A DNA stretch of 64,000 bases from Candidatus Magasanikiibacteriota bacterium (GCA_018651085.1 JABIEQ010000014.1:15178-79177), one strand, 5' to 3'; counted from the stretch's first letter, positions 50,477 to 60,995 are shown. Made by a program: numbers and translations. The notes: a model not told the origin generated them from the sequence alone.

Positions 50477-53404
50477 ATGAGCAAAAACACCCTAAATAAA
50501 GAACAAAAAGAGGCAGTAGAGTATACTGACGGTCCTCTTTTAATTGTGGCTGGAGCAGGAACCGGAAAAACGACAGTTATTACAAAAAAGATAGCAACCC
50601 TTATTCAGACAGGAAAAGCAAAGCCAGAAGAGATATTAGCCCTTACCTTTACAGATAAAGCAGCAGGGGAGATGGAAGAACGCGTTGATGCCTTATTAAA
50701 AGAAGGCTACCTTGATTTACATATCTCAACATTTCATACATTTTGCCAAAGAATACTCGAACAGCATGGATTAGATGTTGGTATTCCAAATACATCAAAA
50801 CTCTTGTCTCAAACAGACAGTTGGCTTCTCATGAGAAAACATATATATGATTTTAATCTCAACTATTACAGACCACTTGGAAATCCCGCAAAGCATATCC
50901 ATGAACTCATCAAGCATTTTAGTAAATGCAAGGACGAATTAATTTCTCCAGAAGAATATATTGACTATGCTAAAAGTGTTCGTGTAGATACAGATCAAAT
51001 TCACACAGAAGAAAAAGAAAGAGTAGAAGAATTAGCAAACACATACAGTGCATATAACCAACTCCTATTAGATAACGAATCTTTAGATTTTGGAGATCTT
51101 ATTTATTACGCAGTGAAACTATTAGAAAAAAGACCAAATATAAAAGAAAAACTTCAGCAACGATTTAAATATATTTTGGTAGATGAATTTCAAGATGTAA
51201 ACTGGGCTCAATATAAATTAGTACAATTACTTTCAGAAAAAAATCAGCTTACTGTTGTAGGAGACGATGATCAAAGCATTTATGCTTTTAGAGGAGCAAA
51301 CGTTGCAAACATTTTACGATTTAAAAAAGATTACAAAGATGCGAAAGAAATTGTGCTCAATAAAAATTACCGATCAGGGCAAACAATATTAGATACATCA
51401 TATACATCTATCACACATAACAATCCAAATCGACTAGAAGTGAAACTTAGTATCAATAAAAAACTAGACATAGGGACAAAAGAACAAGGAACAGGGGAAG
51501 TAGTGCGTTTACATTGCGAAAGCCTTCATGACGAAGTGTATATAACAGGAGAACACATTCTAAAACTTCAAGAAAAAGAAGATATAACCTGGAGTGATAT
51601 CGCTATATTAGTGCGAGCAAACAACCACGCCGAACCATTTTTACAAATGCTAGAAAAAAAAGGGATACCTTATGAATTCCTTGCATCAAATGGATTATAT
51701 CGTCAACCTATCGTGCTTGATGCTATAAACTTTTTTAAATTGCTTGATTCATATAGAGAATCTCACGCTGTGTATAGATTGCTTTGTCTACCATTTTTAT
51801 CAATGTCAGAAAATGACATACATAAACTTACGGGCTTTGCCAAAAGAAAAAGTGTCTCATATTACGAAGCACTAAAAAGAGGAAAAGAATATCACCTTTC
51901 AGAAGAAGGAGTAAAAATATCTGACAAGCTTCTTTCTCTTATCCATACGGGAATGAAACATGCAAGAGACAAAAAACCTTCAACAGTACTGTATGAATTT
52001 TTAGATCAAAGCGGATACTTGGCGTATCTTACAAAAGAAGAAGAAAAAGAAAATAAAAAAGTTATCCATCAAATCTATCAACTCAACACTTTTCTTGAGA
52101 TGCTTAACACCTTCGAAGAAGCAAACCCGGAAGCAGATGTCCGTGCTTTTGTTGATCAATTTGAACATATCACCAATTCAGGAGATAAAGGAAAAATGAG
52201 CCAATCCTTAGAACAACATGATGGGGTACAAGTTATGACTGTACACGGATCAAAAGGATTAGAATTTAAACATGTATTTATCGTGAACCTTGTAGAGGGG
52301 AGATTCCCAGCAAGAAAAAGAGGGCAAGGCATTCCATTGCCAGAAGTATTTATAAAAGAACAACTAGAAGAAGGAGATACCCACCTAGAAGAAGAACGGC
52401 GATTATTTTATGTTGCCCTAACAAGAGCAAAGGAAGCAGTATATCTCGTAAGTGGAGAAAACTATGGTGGCGTAAGAAAAAAGAAAATAAGTAGATTTAT
52501 CCAAGAATTACATGATGACGTGCAAGCACCACAAAAAGCAAACGAACAACATAGCACCAAAAAAGAAAATGAAACAGAACCTATGATCTATAACACCCCA
52601 AAGGCCTTTTCTTTTTCTCAAATAAAACGATACGAAACCTGCCCATATCAATATAAACTTGCTCACATATTACACATCCCTACAAAAAGTGGGCCAGCAC
52701 TAAGCTTTGGGTCAACCATACACAATACACTTCAGAAATTTTACGAACAAATTCAAGAAAAAAATAATATAAGCCAACAGTCATTGTTTGATATCACTCC
52801 GAAAAAACCAGAACCAAAAGACCCAAACGTCATTGAAGTTCCAACACTTGAAGAATTACTCACAATCTATACATCTTGTTGGATCAATGATTGGTATCAA
52901 TCAAAAACACAACGAGAATCATATAAGAAAAAAGGAGAAGACATTCTAAAAACCTTTTATGAAACACATACAGGAAAATGGCAAGTTCCAGTAACACTTG
53001 AAGGATCCTTTAAAATTGTAGTAGGGGACAGTGTCATACGAGGAAGAATCGACAGGATTGATCAAAAAGAAGATGGATCTCTTGAAATCATTGATTATAA
53101 AACCGGAAAAACAAAAGAAAAACTTAAAGCAGAAGATAAAGAACAGCTACTCATATATCAAATTGCCACAAAAACATTGCCAGCCTATCGTCATCTTGGA
53201 GAAACGAGCATGTTAACATTTTATTATCTTAATGATAATATAAAGACCTCCTTTCTAGGAACGGATAAAGAACTAGAAAAAATAGAGCAAAAAATTCAAA
53301 CCATAACAAAAAATATTAAAGATAATATTTTTCCACCAAAACCAAACAGCCATACTTGTGGCTATTGTGACTTTAAAAACATTTGTGAATATAAAGCAAC
53401 ATAA
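50477..53404 (+). CDS. UvrD/PcrA-family DNA helicase fused to a C-terminal Cas4/AddB-like Fe-S PD-(D/E)XK nuclease domain
   Basis: The start was moved to the internal ATG (MSKNTLNKEQKEAVE). Walker A GAGTGKTT and the UvrD motifs up to about residue 700. The C-terminal domain has one upstream Cys (ETCPYQY), the RecB motif IDYKTG, and a terminal C-x2-C-x5-C (CGYCDFKNIC). Confidence 0.8.
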   Translation: MSKNTLNKEQKEAVEYTDGPLLIVAGAGTGKTTVITKKIATLIQTGKAKPEEILALTFTDKAAGEMEERVDALLKEGYLDLHISTFHTFCQRILEQHGLDVGIPNTSKLLSQTDSWLLMRKHIYDFNLNYYRPLGNPAKHIHELIKHFSKCKDELISPEEYIDYAKSVRVDTDQIHTEEKERVEELANTYSAYNQLLLDNESLDFGDLIYYAVKLLEKRPNIKEKLQQRFKYILVDEFQDVNWAQYKLVQLLSEKNQLTVVGDDDQSIYAFRGANVANILRFKKDYKDAKEIVLNKNYRSGQTILDTSYTSITHNNPNRLEVKLSINKKLDIGTKEQGTGEVVRLHCESLHDEVYITGEHILKLQEKEDITWSDIAILVRANNHAEPFLQMLEKKGIPYEFLASNGLYRQPIVLDAINFFKLLDSYRESHAVYRLLCLPFLSMSENDIHKLTGFAKRKSVSYYEALKRGKEYHLSEEGVKISDKLLSLIHTGMKHARDKKPSTVLYEFLDQSGYLAYLTKEEEKENKKVIHQIYQLNTFLEMLNTFEEANPEADVRAFVDQFEHITNSGDKGKMSQSLEQHDGVQVMTVHGSKGLEFKHVFIVNLVEGRFPARKRGQGIPLPEVFIKEQLEEGDTHLEEERRLFYVALTRAKEAVYLVSGENYGGVRKKKISRFIQELHDDVQAPQKANEQHSTKKENETEPMIYNTPKAFSFSQIKRYETCPYQYKLAHILHIPTKSGPALSFGSTIHNTLQKFYEQIQEKNNISQQSLFDITPKKPEPKDPNVIEVPTLEELLTIYTSCWINDWYQSKTQRESYKKKGEDILKTFYETHTGKWQVPVTLEGSFKIVVGDSVIRGRIDRIDQKEDGSLEIIDYKTGKTKEKLKAEDKEQLLIYQIATKTLPAYRHLGETSMLTFYYLNDNIKTSFLGTDKELEKIEQKIQTITKNIKDNIFPPKPNSHTCGYCDFKNICEYKAT

Positions 53405-53407
53405 CCT

Positions 53408-53926
53408 ATGCTTCTTATTATCATAGACCTTCTTTTCCTTGCCTTACTTTTTGTCATGGTGCTCTTTTTTGTATATAACACCGTTGCCCTAAAAACAGGC
53501 GCTCCGTACGTTCCAACCAAGAAAACAACGATTGATACCATGATCAAGCTTTCAAAGCCGCAAAAAGGAGAACAGGTGGTAGATCTTGGATCAGGGGACG
53601 GTCGTATGCTCTTTGCTGTAGCAAAAACAGGAGCAACATGCATAGGAATAGAAATAAACCCTGTATTATGCTTTTATGCAAACATGAAGGCCCGTATAAA
53701 AGGAATAGAAAATGTTCACACCAAAAAAGAAAATCTCTGGAAAACTGATCTTCAACACACAAATGTACTCATGTTATATTTTTGGCCAACAAAAATGGAT
53801 GATCTCCAAAAGAAGATAGAAAAAGAAATGAAACCAGGAAGCAGGGTCATCTCTCATGCCTTTCATTTCCCAAACTGGAAACCAGAAGAGAAATCTGGTA
53901 ATGTATATTTGTATATTGTTAAATAA
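53408..53926 (+). CDS. class I SAM-dependent methyltransferase with an N-terminal TM helix
   Basis: Motif I VVDLGSGDG and a motif II region. N-terminal hydrophobic helix. Confidence 0.65.
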   Translation: MLLIIIDLLFLALLFVMVLFFVYNTVALKTGAPYVPTKKTTIDTMIKLSKPQKGEQVVDLGSGDGRMLFAVAKTGATCIGIEINPVLCFYANMKARIKGIENVHTKKENLWKTDLQHTNVLMLYFWPTKMDDLQKKIEKEMKPGSRVISHAFHFPNWKPEEKSGNVYLYIVK

Positions 53927-53931
53927 TATAA

Positions 53932-54240
53932 GTGATGGTTATGTCCCTTACCCCTCTTGGAGATGCATTAAAAGAAAAATTAGGAAAAAAAGGCCCACTA
54001 CAACAACAAGTAGAATCAGCTCAGGCGATTGAATATGCTACAGCGGTCTTTGAAGAGTTATTCGAAAAAGAGCTTGCAGCAGAAGCAAAACCACTTTTTT
54101 TGAAAAATAGAACCCTCACTGTAACGTGTGGAAGTTCAGCATTAGCGCAAGAAATACGCCTAAATCAAGCACAAATTGTAAAAAAGATTAACCAGAAACT
54201 TGGAAAAAAAGAAGTTGACCGAATACGGTACCTCGTATAA
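53932..54240 (+). CDS. DUF721 / DciA-like protein
   Basis: About 100 aa. The C-terminal pattern LKNRTLTVTCGSSALAQEIRLNQAQIVKKIN matches the DUF721 (DciA) consensus (G-L-v-v-ssaw-qEl-f-k-ll-kln). Confidence 0.5.
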   Translation: MMVMSLTPLGDALKEKLGKKGPLQQQVESAQAIEYATAVFEELFEKELAAEAKPLFLKNRTLTVTCGSSALAQEIRLNQAQIVKKINQKLGKKEVDRIRYLV

Positions 54241-54262
54241 GAGCATATATAGATAAATATAA

Positions 54263-54290
54263 GCCTCGTATTTTTACGAGGTTTTGCTGT
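54263..54290 (+). terminator. rho-independent terminator (cctcgta-ttttt-acgagg then a T-run)
   Basis: Hairpin followed by a T-run after the DUF721 gene. Confidence 0.55.
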
Positions 54291-54363
54291 ATATAGAGCA
54301 AAATTACACTCTTGCCAAGGAAGATGGAATATACTACACTACCCACGCAAATATCTCCTTTTT

Positions 54364-54753
54364 ATGACCCTCAAACAATACCTCATAACGATGGCACTTG
54401 CCACGATCCTATGTTGGACATCATGGGTTTTTGTTATTATGAATGTTAATCCCCTGGAGGGTGGACTTATTGCCTTTATATTTTTTTATGTCACCCTAGG
54501 CTTTTCTTGTTTAGGCACAAGTGCCGTGGTGATATTCGCGGTGTATCGCTTTTTCTTAGGAAAAAGTATGCCCATGTTTAGATATGTTCAAAAAAGCTTC
54601 CGAGACGCTCTTTGCTTTTCCACATTTATTATTCTCTTACTCTTTTTACAAGGGAATAACTGGTTAAGCCTTTGGACAACAGGATTACTTGTTGGATGTA
54701 TCATCTTTATTCGATTGTTTCTTTTATCAATTAAAAGAGAACAAGCTCACTAA
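54364..54753 (+). CDS. hypothetical membrane protein
   Basis: 129 aa with 4 predicted TM helices. Confidence 0.4.
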   Translation: MTLKQYLITMALATILCWTSWVFVIMNVNPLEGGLIAFIFFYVTLGFSCLGTSAVVIFAVYRFFLGKSMPMFRYVQKSFRDALCFSTFIILLLFLQGNNWLSLWTTGLLVGCIIFIRLFLLSIKREQAH

Positions 54754-54761
54754 ACAACCAT

Positions 54762-56003
54762 ATGCGTCAATCACAATTATTTACCAAAACACAAAAACAC
54801 GCACCTAAAGATGAAGTTAGTAAAAATGCACAACTCCTGATTCGGGCTGGATTTATAGATAAGCTATTCGCTGGAGTATATAGCATTCTACCACTTGGTC
54901 TTCGGGTATTTTATAAGATAGAACAGATTGTTCGAGAAGAAATGAATGCTATTGGTGGACAAGAAGTCCTTCTTCCAGCTCTTTGCCCAATAGAAAATTA
55001 CCAAAAAACAAAGAAAGAGGACCTAGATATCTTATTTCACACTAAAATGAATAACGGCCAGGACCTCGTGCTTGGAATGAGCCATGAAGAAGTCATTACA
55101 CCACTCCTTCAAAAATATGTTTCTTCATACAAGCAACTACCACAAGCGGTTTATCAATTTCAAACAAAGTTTAGAAATGAACTACGGGCAAAGTCAGGAA
55201 TCATGCGTGGGCGAGAATTTACCATGAAAGACATGTATTCGTTCCACACATCTCAAGAAAATCATGATGCATTCTACAAAAAAGCAGAAGATGCATACGC
55301 AAGAATTTTTGAACGCCTAGGCCTTGGAAACGGGAAAACCCTTAAAACCTACGCGTCAGGAGGAAGTTTCTCAAAATATTCTCATGAGTACCAAACCATT
55401 ACTGATGTTGGAGAAGATCTTATCTATACATGTAAAGGGTGTAAGGTTGCTATTAATAAAGAAATTATTGAAGAGCTTAAACGAGAATGCCCAGAATGTG
55501 GAAGTAATGTTCTTGAAGAAAAGAAAGCTATTGAAGTTGGAAACATCTTTAAGCTAGCTACTAAATTTAGTGATGCATTTAATTACACATACACAGACGA
55601 ACAGGGGAAAGAACAACCTGTTATCATGGGGTGCTATGGTATTGGGATCACAAGAGCAATTGGAACAATCGTAGAAACACATCATGATGATAAGGGAATC
55701 ATCTGGCCAGAAAGTGTTGCGCCATTTCAAGTACATCTTGTTTCTCTTTGCCAAGAAGACAGTGATGTAGAAAAAGCAAATGCCCTCTACGAAGAATTAC
55801 AAGCCAAAGGAATAGAAGTCCTCTATGACGATCGAGAAGGAGTGCGAGCAGGAGCAAAGTTTGCAGATAGCGATCTTATCGGTATCCCAACACGACTTGT
55901 CGTAAGTAAAAAAACGTTAGAAAACGAAACCATAGAAATCAAAAAAAGAACACAAGAAGAACCTGTCATAGTAAATCAAAGTGACCTCATGACTCATTTA
56001 TAA
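54762..56003 (+). CDS. proS: prolyl-tRNA synthetase, bacterial type, lacking the INS editing domain (a zinc ribbon takes its place)
   Basis: The N-terminus MRQSQLF...LLIRAGFI aligns with ProRS. Class II motif 2 FRNELRAKSGIMRGREFTMKDMYSFH, motif 3 and the anticodon-binding C-terminus (HHDDKGIIWP) are present. Only 413 aa. CKGC...CPEC lies where the INS domain normally sits. Confidence 0.8.
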   Translation: MRQSQLFTKTQKHAPKDEVSKNAQLLIRAGFIDKLFAGVYSILPLGLRVFYKIEQIVREEMNAIGGQEVLLPALCPIENYQKTKKEDLDILFHTKMNNGQDLVLGMSHEEVITPLLQKYVSSYKQLPQAVYQFQTKFRNELRAKSGIMRGREFTMKDMYSFHTSQENHDAFYKKAEDAYARIFERLGLGNGKTLKTYASGGSFSKYSHEYQTITDVGEDLIYTCKGCKVAINKEIIEELKRECPECGSNVLEEKKAIEVGNIFKLATKFSDAFNYTYTDEQGKEQPVIMGCYGIGITRAIGTIVETHHDDKGIIWPESVAPFQVHLVSLCQEDSDVEKANALYEELQAKGIEVLYDDREGVRAGAKFADSDLIGIPTRLVVSKKTLENETIEIKKRTQEEPVIVNQSDLMTHL

Positions 56004-56009
56004 ACAACT

Positions 56010-57062
56010 ATGTTCAACCGGTTTTTCGGAAAATTCAGTAAAGACATTGCTATAGATCTTGGAACAGCCAATACCCTTGTATACGTAAAAGACAAGGGTA
56101 TTGTCATTAACGAACCAACAGTGGTAGCAATTAATCTTCGGACAGAACAAATTCTTGCAGTGGGCCAAGAAGCAAAAAACATGCTTGGAAAGACACCACC
56201 ACACATTTTGGTAACAAGACCATTATCAAAAGGAATCATTTCAGATTACGAAGTAGCAGAAAAAATGCTGAAATATTTCATTGATAAAGTGCACGAAGAT
56301 GGTATCTCTGTTATGGCTCGCCCTCGTATTATTATTTGCGTTCCACTTGAAGTGACAGAAGTAGAAATGAAAGCCGTTGAAGACGGGGCTATTAGTGCGG
56401 GTGCCCGCGAAGTTATTGTTGTACAAGAACCTATGGCAGCGGCAATTGGAGCAAGAATGCCTATTCAAGACCCTGTAGGAAATATGATTGTAGACATTGG
56501 TGGAGGAAATACTGAAGTAGCGGTTATTTCACTTAGTGGTATTGTAACCTGGAAATCCATTCCTATAGCAGGCGACGAGATGAACAGAAACATCATTCAA
56601 TATGCAAGAGAAGTATTTAATCTTTTTGTTGGTGAAGGGCATGCGGAACAAATTAAAATAAAAATCGGTTCAGCAGGAGCAATGGACGAAAAAACAGAAT
56701 TCCCAATGAGAGGACGAGATGTTATTACAGGTCTTCCAAAAGAAATAATGATTTCAAGTGAACACATAAAAGAAGCATTAAGCCGATCAGTAAGAGAAAT
56801 CGTTGATAGTATTAAAATGACACTAGAGGTAACTCCACCAGAGTTAACTGCTGACATTCATGAGCGTGGCATTTTATTAACGGGTGGGGGATCATTACTC
56901 CGAGGGCTTAATAATGTTATTTCTCATGCTACTGAAATTCCGGTACGTATTGCTGACGACCCATTAACCTCAGTGGTAAGAGGAACCGGAGCACTTCTTG
57001 AAGCAGATGAACTCCTCGCAGAAATCATTCTCCCATCTGCAAGAAATAGTAGAAAAAGATAG
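56010..57062 (+). CDS. mreB: rod shape-determining protein MreB
   Basis: Actin-fold motifs DLGTANTLVYV and DIGGGNTEVAV. 350 aa. Confidence 0.9.
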   Translation: MFNRFFGKFSKDIAIDLGTANTLVYVKDKGIVINEPTVVAINLRTEQILAVGQEAKNMLGKTPPHILVTRPLSKGIISDYEVAEKMLKYFIDKVHEDGISVMARPRIIICVPLEVTEVEMKAVEDGAISAGAREVIVVQEPMAAAIGARMPIQDPVGNMIVDIGGGNTEVAVISLSGIVTWKSIPIAGDEMNRNIIQYAREVFNLFVGEGHAEQIKIKIGSAGAMDEKTEFPMRGRDVITGLPKEIMISSEHIKEALSRSVREIVDSIKMTLEVTPPELTADIHERGILLTGGGSLLRGLNNVISHATEIPVRIADDPLTSVVRGTGALLEADELLAEIILPSARNSRKR

Positions 57063-57065
57063 GAT

Positions 57066-57866
57066 ATGCGACCTTCACGCATAAAAAAAACTGGCATCGT
57101 TGGAACAATCATCGGTCTGCTTATTATTTTTCATTATATTGGATGGCTTGCCCCAATAGAAAAAGCTATTATTAAAATAGTAAGCCCAACATCAGAACAA
57201 ATATACTCACTTGGAGTATCTATTGAAGAACGAAAAAATCTAAACAATCCAGATGAACTCTATAAAGCATATAAAGAACTAGAAAAAACATATCAAGAGG
57301 CACAAGTAGATAATGTTACGCAAGCGCTATTACAAGAAGAAAATGAAGAATTAAGACAGCAACTTTCTTTTTTTGCAACGAGCTCATATACCCACATAGG
57401 GGCAGAAGTAATAGGACGAAACATCGATCCAATTGCAAGCACTCTTACCATAAATAAAGGAAAAGAAGACCATATCGAAGCTGGGCAACCAGTGATCATT
57501 GGAAAAGGAATTTTAATAGGAAAAATTGCAAGAGCAAATGAAAAAACGGCAATCATTCGTCTCATGAATGACAGTAAAAGCAAAATTGCGGGAACGATTA
57601 GAAATCAGGACAAAAGTATTGGCATTGTTGAAGGAGGATATGGGATTAGTGTTCGAATGAATTTCATTCCACAAAACGAAAAAATAGATATTGACGACAT
57701 TATTGTTACATCAGGATTAGAAGAACATGTTTCAAGAGGACTCATTATAGGAACTGTTGAAGCTATAGAAAAAGAAGCCTATCAACCATTCCAACGGGCA
57801 ATCATCACCCCGACGGTACGATTTAATGACATCATTACTGTTTCTATTATTACTGGCACACCATAA
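57066..57866 (+). CDS. mreC: rod shape-determining protein MreC
   Basis: N-terminal TM helix, a coiled-coil and a beta-rich domain, immediately after mreB. Confidence 0.7.
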   Translation: MRPSRIKKTGIVGTIIGLLIIFHYIGWLAPIEKAIIKIVSPTSEQIYSLGVSIEERKNLNNPDELYKAYKELEKTYQEAQVDNVTQALLQEENEELRQQLSFFATSSYTHIGAEVIGRNIDPIASTLTINKGKEDHIEAGQPVIIGKGILIGKIARANEKTAIIRLMNDSKSKIAGTIRNQDKSIGIVEGGYGISVRMNFIPQNEKIDIDDIIVTSGLEEHVSRGLIIGTVEAIEKEAYQPFQRAIITPTVRFNDIITVSIITGTP

Positions 57867-57868
57867 AT

Positions 57869-58405
57869 ATGCTCCGTATTGCATTAAAATGTATTCTCGT
57901 AATCGGCAGTATTTTTTTACTCACCTTTCTTCAGACAAGCGCATCATTTTTACTACCACACCCATTCGTAAAAATAAACATCGTGTTTCTTGCCATGATT
58001 TTTGCAATACTCCTTTATGAATCCGGAAACATTGTTTGGATTTCTGCAATTGCTCATTTTTTTATAGAACTTTTTGCAAGTACACCTTTTGGTATTATTC
58101 TATTTTCAAGTACTATGAGTATTCTTGCTGCTTTTTGGCTCTATCAAACAATCTTCACAAATAGATCCTGGTATGCCGCTATGGCCATGACAGCCATTGC
58201 CCTTATCATGTATAGAATACTCTATCTTTTCATATTCATAATGATTGAAATCATCACCGAAGCAACACTTAGCCTTGTAAACTGGGGAGCTATTGCAAAG
58301 ACCATCTTTTGGGAAGTAAGTATGACAACCATAGCTATGGGAATACTCTATGTATTGTTATCAGGTATATTTAAAAAACTCAATCATCACGTTATCTATT
58401 CATAA
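57869..58405 (+). CDS. mreD: rod shape-determining protein MreD-like membrane protein
   Basis: Small polytopic membrane protein between mreC and mrdA. Confidence 0.55.
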   Translation: MLRIALKCILVIGSIFLLTFLQTSASFLLPHPFVKINIVFLAMIFAILLYESGNIVWISAIAHFFIELFASTPFGIILFSSTMSILAAFWLYQTIFTNRSWYAAMAMTAIALIMYRILYLFIFIMIEIITEATLSLVNWGAIAKTIFWEVSMTTIAMGILYVLLSGIFKKLNHHVIYS

Positions 58406-58408
58406 CAC

Positions 58409-60415
58409 ATGAACGATAAAAAAGATGACAATAAATTTTTCGCGTTTGGGGATATAAAATTCCCTAAAATACGCCTAAAAAACCGCCAAAAGAAATCCTG
58501 GACAGAGGATTCATTTGTGTTTGAAGTGGATACAGGGAAACAAATCGCGACACCAAATGCAGGAAGATACATTGGTAGTAGTTTTTCTTCAAAAAGAGTG
58601 AAACAATTTAGTACAGCTATTATCATTATATTTGCTCTTATTTCAGGAAGAGTCATTCAATTACAAGTAGTAAAAGGAGCTGAGTATAAAAATATTGCAG
58701 ATAGAAATAGTCAAAGATATATTCCAATCCCAGCAGAACGAGGACTTATTTATGATAGAAATGGCATACAACTTACCAAAAATGTTCCCAACTTTTCTCT
58801 TGCCCTTATCCCACAAGACCTTCCAAGAGAACGACGAGGAGAAAAAAATGAAGCACGCGAACAAGTGATAAGCACATTAGCAAACCTTGTTGAAGCAGAT
58901 CAAGAAAGTATTAGAAACACATTAAGGGAATATGGGGCATATAGTTATGAGTCCATAGTTATTGAAGAAGACATTGATTATGAGACGGCTCTTTCAATTG
59001 AAATTGCTTCAGCTGACCTTCCTGGTATTAACATTAAAAGAGGAAGTAAACGACTATATCTCACAACCACATCAACAGGGGACATTGATACAACATCCCT
59101 TTCACATATTTTAGGGTACCAAGGGAAATTAAATAAAGAGGAATTAGACAGACTCTATACAAAAGGGTATCTTCCGTCAGACTCCATTGGAAAATCTGGA
59201 ATAGAAAAAGAATATGAATCAAACGTTCGTGGCACATACGGCACAAAACAAATTGAGGTAAATGCACTTGGAAAAGAACAAGCAGTCCTTTCAGAAGAGG
59301 CCCCAATACCCGGAAACCATCTATACCTTACCATTGATGCCAACATGCAAGAGGCCCTTGAGCAAATCATGCATAAAAAATTAAAAAAATATAAAAAAAC
59401 ACGGGCGGTCGGTATTGTTACAAATGTACGAAATGGAGAAATTCTAGCAATGGTAAGCCTTCCAACATTTGATAATAATGATTTTTCTGGAGGTATTGAT
59501 TATAAAACATACGACAATTACATCACAAACGAAGATAGACCATTATTTAACCGAGCCATTAGTGGAGGATACCCATCAGGGTCAAGCATTAAACCCATCA
59601 TGGCAGCCATTGCCCTAGAAGAAGGAATCATTACAAAAAATACGTCCATTTTAAGTACTGGTGGTGTAAGCATTGGCGCATCATTTTTCCCAGATTGGCT
59701 TAATGGTGGTCATGGACCTACAAACGTAAGAAGATCACTTGCTCAATCTATTAATACATTCTATTACTATATAGGAGGAGGATACAAAAACTTCGTAGGG
59801 CTCGGTGTAGATAAAATGAATGAACACCTTCGCTTATTTGGCTTTGCAGAGCAACTCGGGATAGACATTCCAGGAGAAATTGCTGGATTTATTCCTACAA
59901 AAGAATGGAAGAAAGAAAAAAAAGGAGAACCTTGGTACATAGGGGATACCTATAATCTCTCTATCGGACAAGGATTCTTTCTAACAAGTCCACTTCAGAT
60001 TGCTAATATCACTGCAAGCATTGCAAATGGGGGCACCGTATACACCCCACACATTGGACGACAAACATTAAACCCAATTACAAAAGAGATCACACCAATA
60101 GAAAAAGAACCCATAGCAAAAAATATCATTAATATTGCACACTTAGACACGGTAAAGCTTGGTATGCGAGATTGTGTCACCTATGGATCATGTAAAATAT
60201 TAAGTAACCTCCCATTTTCTACTGGAGCAAAGACAGGAACCGCCCAATGGAACAAAAATAAAGATCACCATGCTTGGTTTACATCATTTGCGCCATTTAC
60301 TAATCCAGAAATAAGTGTGACGGTCTTAATAGAAGAAGGTGGAGAAGGAGGAATCGTTTCAGCCCCAATTGCCTATGAATTTTATAAATGGTGGTGGAGC
60401 TATACCAACACTTGA
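58409..60415 (+). CDS. mrdA: penicillin-binding protein 2 (elongation transpeptidase)
   Basis: N-terminal TM helix and dimerisation domain, then the transpeptidase motifs SGSSIKP (SxxK), SIN-like SxN and KTGTA. Confidence 0.85.
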   Translation: MNDKKDDNKFFAFGDIKFPKIRLKNRQKKSWTEDSFVFEVDTGKQIATPNAGRYIGSSFSSKRVKQFSTAIIIIFALISGRVIQLQVVKGAEYKNIADRNSQRYIPIPAERGLIYDRNGIQLTKNVPNFSLALIPQDLPRERRGEKNEAREQVISTLANLVEADQESIRNTLREYGAYSYESIVIEEDIDYETALSIEIASADLPGINIKRGSKRLYLTTTSTGDIDTTSLSHILGYQGKLNKEELDRLYTKGYLPSDSIGKSGIEKEYESNVRGTYGTKQIEVNALGKEQAVLSEEAPIPGNHLYLTIDANMQEALEQIMHKKLKKYKKTRAVGIVTNVRNGEILAMVSLPTFDNNDFSGGIDYKTYDNYITNEDRPLFNRAISGGYPSGSSIKPIMAAIALEEGIITKNTSILSTGGVSIGASFFPDWLNGGHGPTNVRRSLAQSINTFYYYIGGGYKNFVGLGVDKMNEHLRLFGFAEQLGIDIPGEIAGFIPTKEWKKEKKGEPWYIGDTYNLSIGQGFFLTSPLQIANITASIANGGTVYTPHIGRQTLNPITKEITPIEKEPIAKNIINIAHLDTVKLGMRDCVTYGSCKILSNLPFSTGAKTGTAQWNKNKDHHAWFTSFAPFTNPEISVTVLIEEGGEGGIVSAPIAYEFYKWWWSYTNT

Positions 60416-60466
60416 CACCTCTCAGATTTGTCCATATACTACCAGTCTCATTAAGGAGAGAACCAT

Positions 60467-60931
60467 ATGAACATACAGTTTTTAACACAAGATAAATTTG
60501 ACGCTCTAGGAATTGAACGAACAGAGCTCAAAAAAGAAAAAATACCGGCACTTGCACGGCGTATTGATGAAGCAAGACAAATGGGTGATTTGTCAGAAAA
60601 TGCAGAGTATCATGCCGCAAGAGAAGATATGGGCTGGGCAAAAGGACGCATCCAAAAAATTGATGCTATCTTGCAAAATGCAGAAATTATTAGTACAAAT
60701 GACAAAAATAGTGATGGTATGATTGAGATTGGTTCAACCATTACTGTTGAAGTAAACAAAAAAGAGCGCACCTACACCATCGTAGGAGCACAAGAAGCTG
60801 ACCCATTTGAAGGGAAGATCTCAAACGAATCGCCATTAGGCAAGTCTTTTATCGGAAAAAAGAAAAACGATAAGGTTGAGGTTAAGGTGCCAGCAGGAAT
60901 CCAAACCTATACCATTAAGGCTATAAAATAG
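60467..60931 (+). CDS. greA: transcription elongation factor GreA
   Basis: GDLSENAEYHAAREDMGW coiled-coil tip with the conserved acidic residues. FKBP-like C-terminal domain. 154 aa. Confidence 0.9.
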   Translation: MNIQFLTQDKFDALGIERTELKKEKIPALARRIDEARQMGDLSENAEYHAAREDMGWAKGRIQKIDAILQNAEIISTNDKNSDGMIEIGSTITVEVNKKERTYTIVGAQEADPFEGKISNESPLGKSFIGKKKNDKVEVKVPAGIQTYTIKAIK

Positions 60932-60965
60932 CCTCTACCTAGACAAAAATAACAAAAATATCCCT

Positions 60966-60995
60966 GCATAAGAGGGATATTTGTATTTTTAGGCT
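60966..60995 (+). terminator. rho-independent terminator after greA (atatccct-gcataa-gagggatat then a T-run)
   Basis: A 9-bp stem followed by ttgtattttt. Confidence 0.6.
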
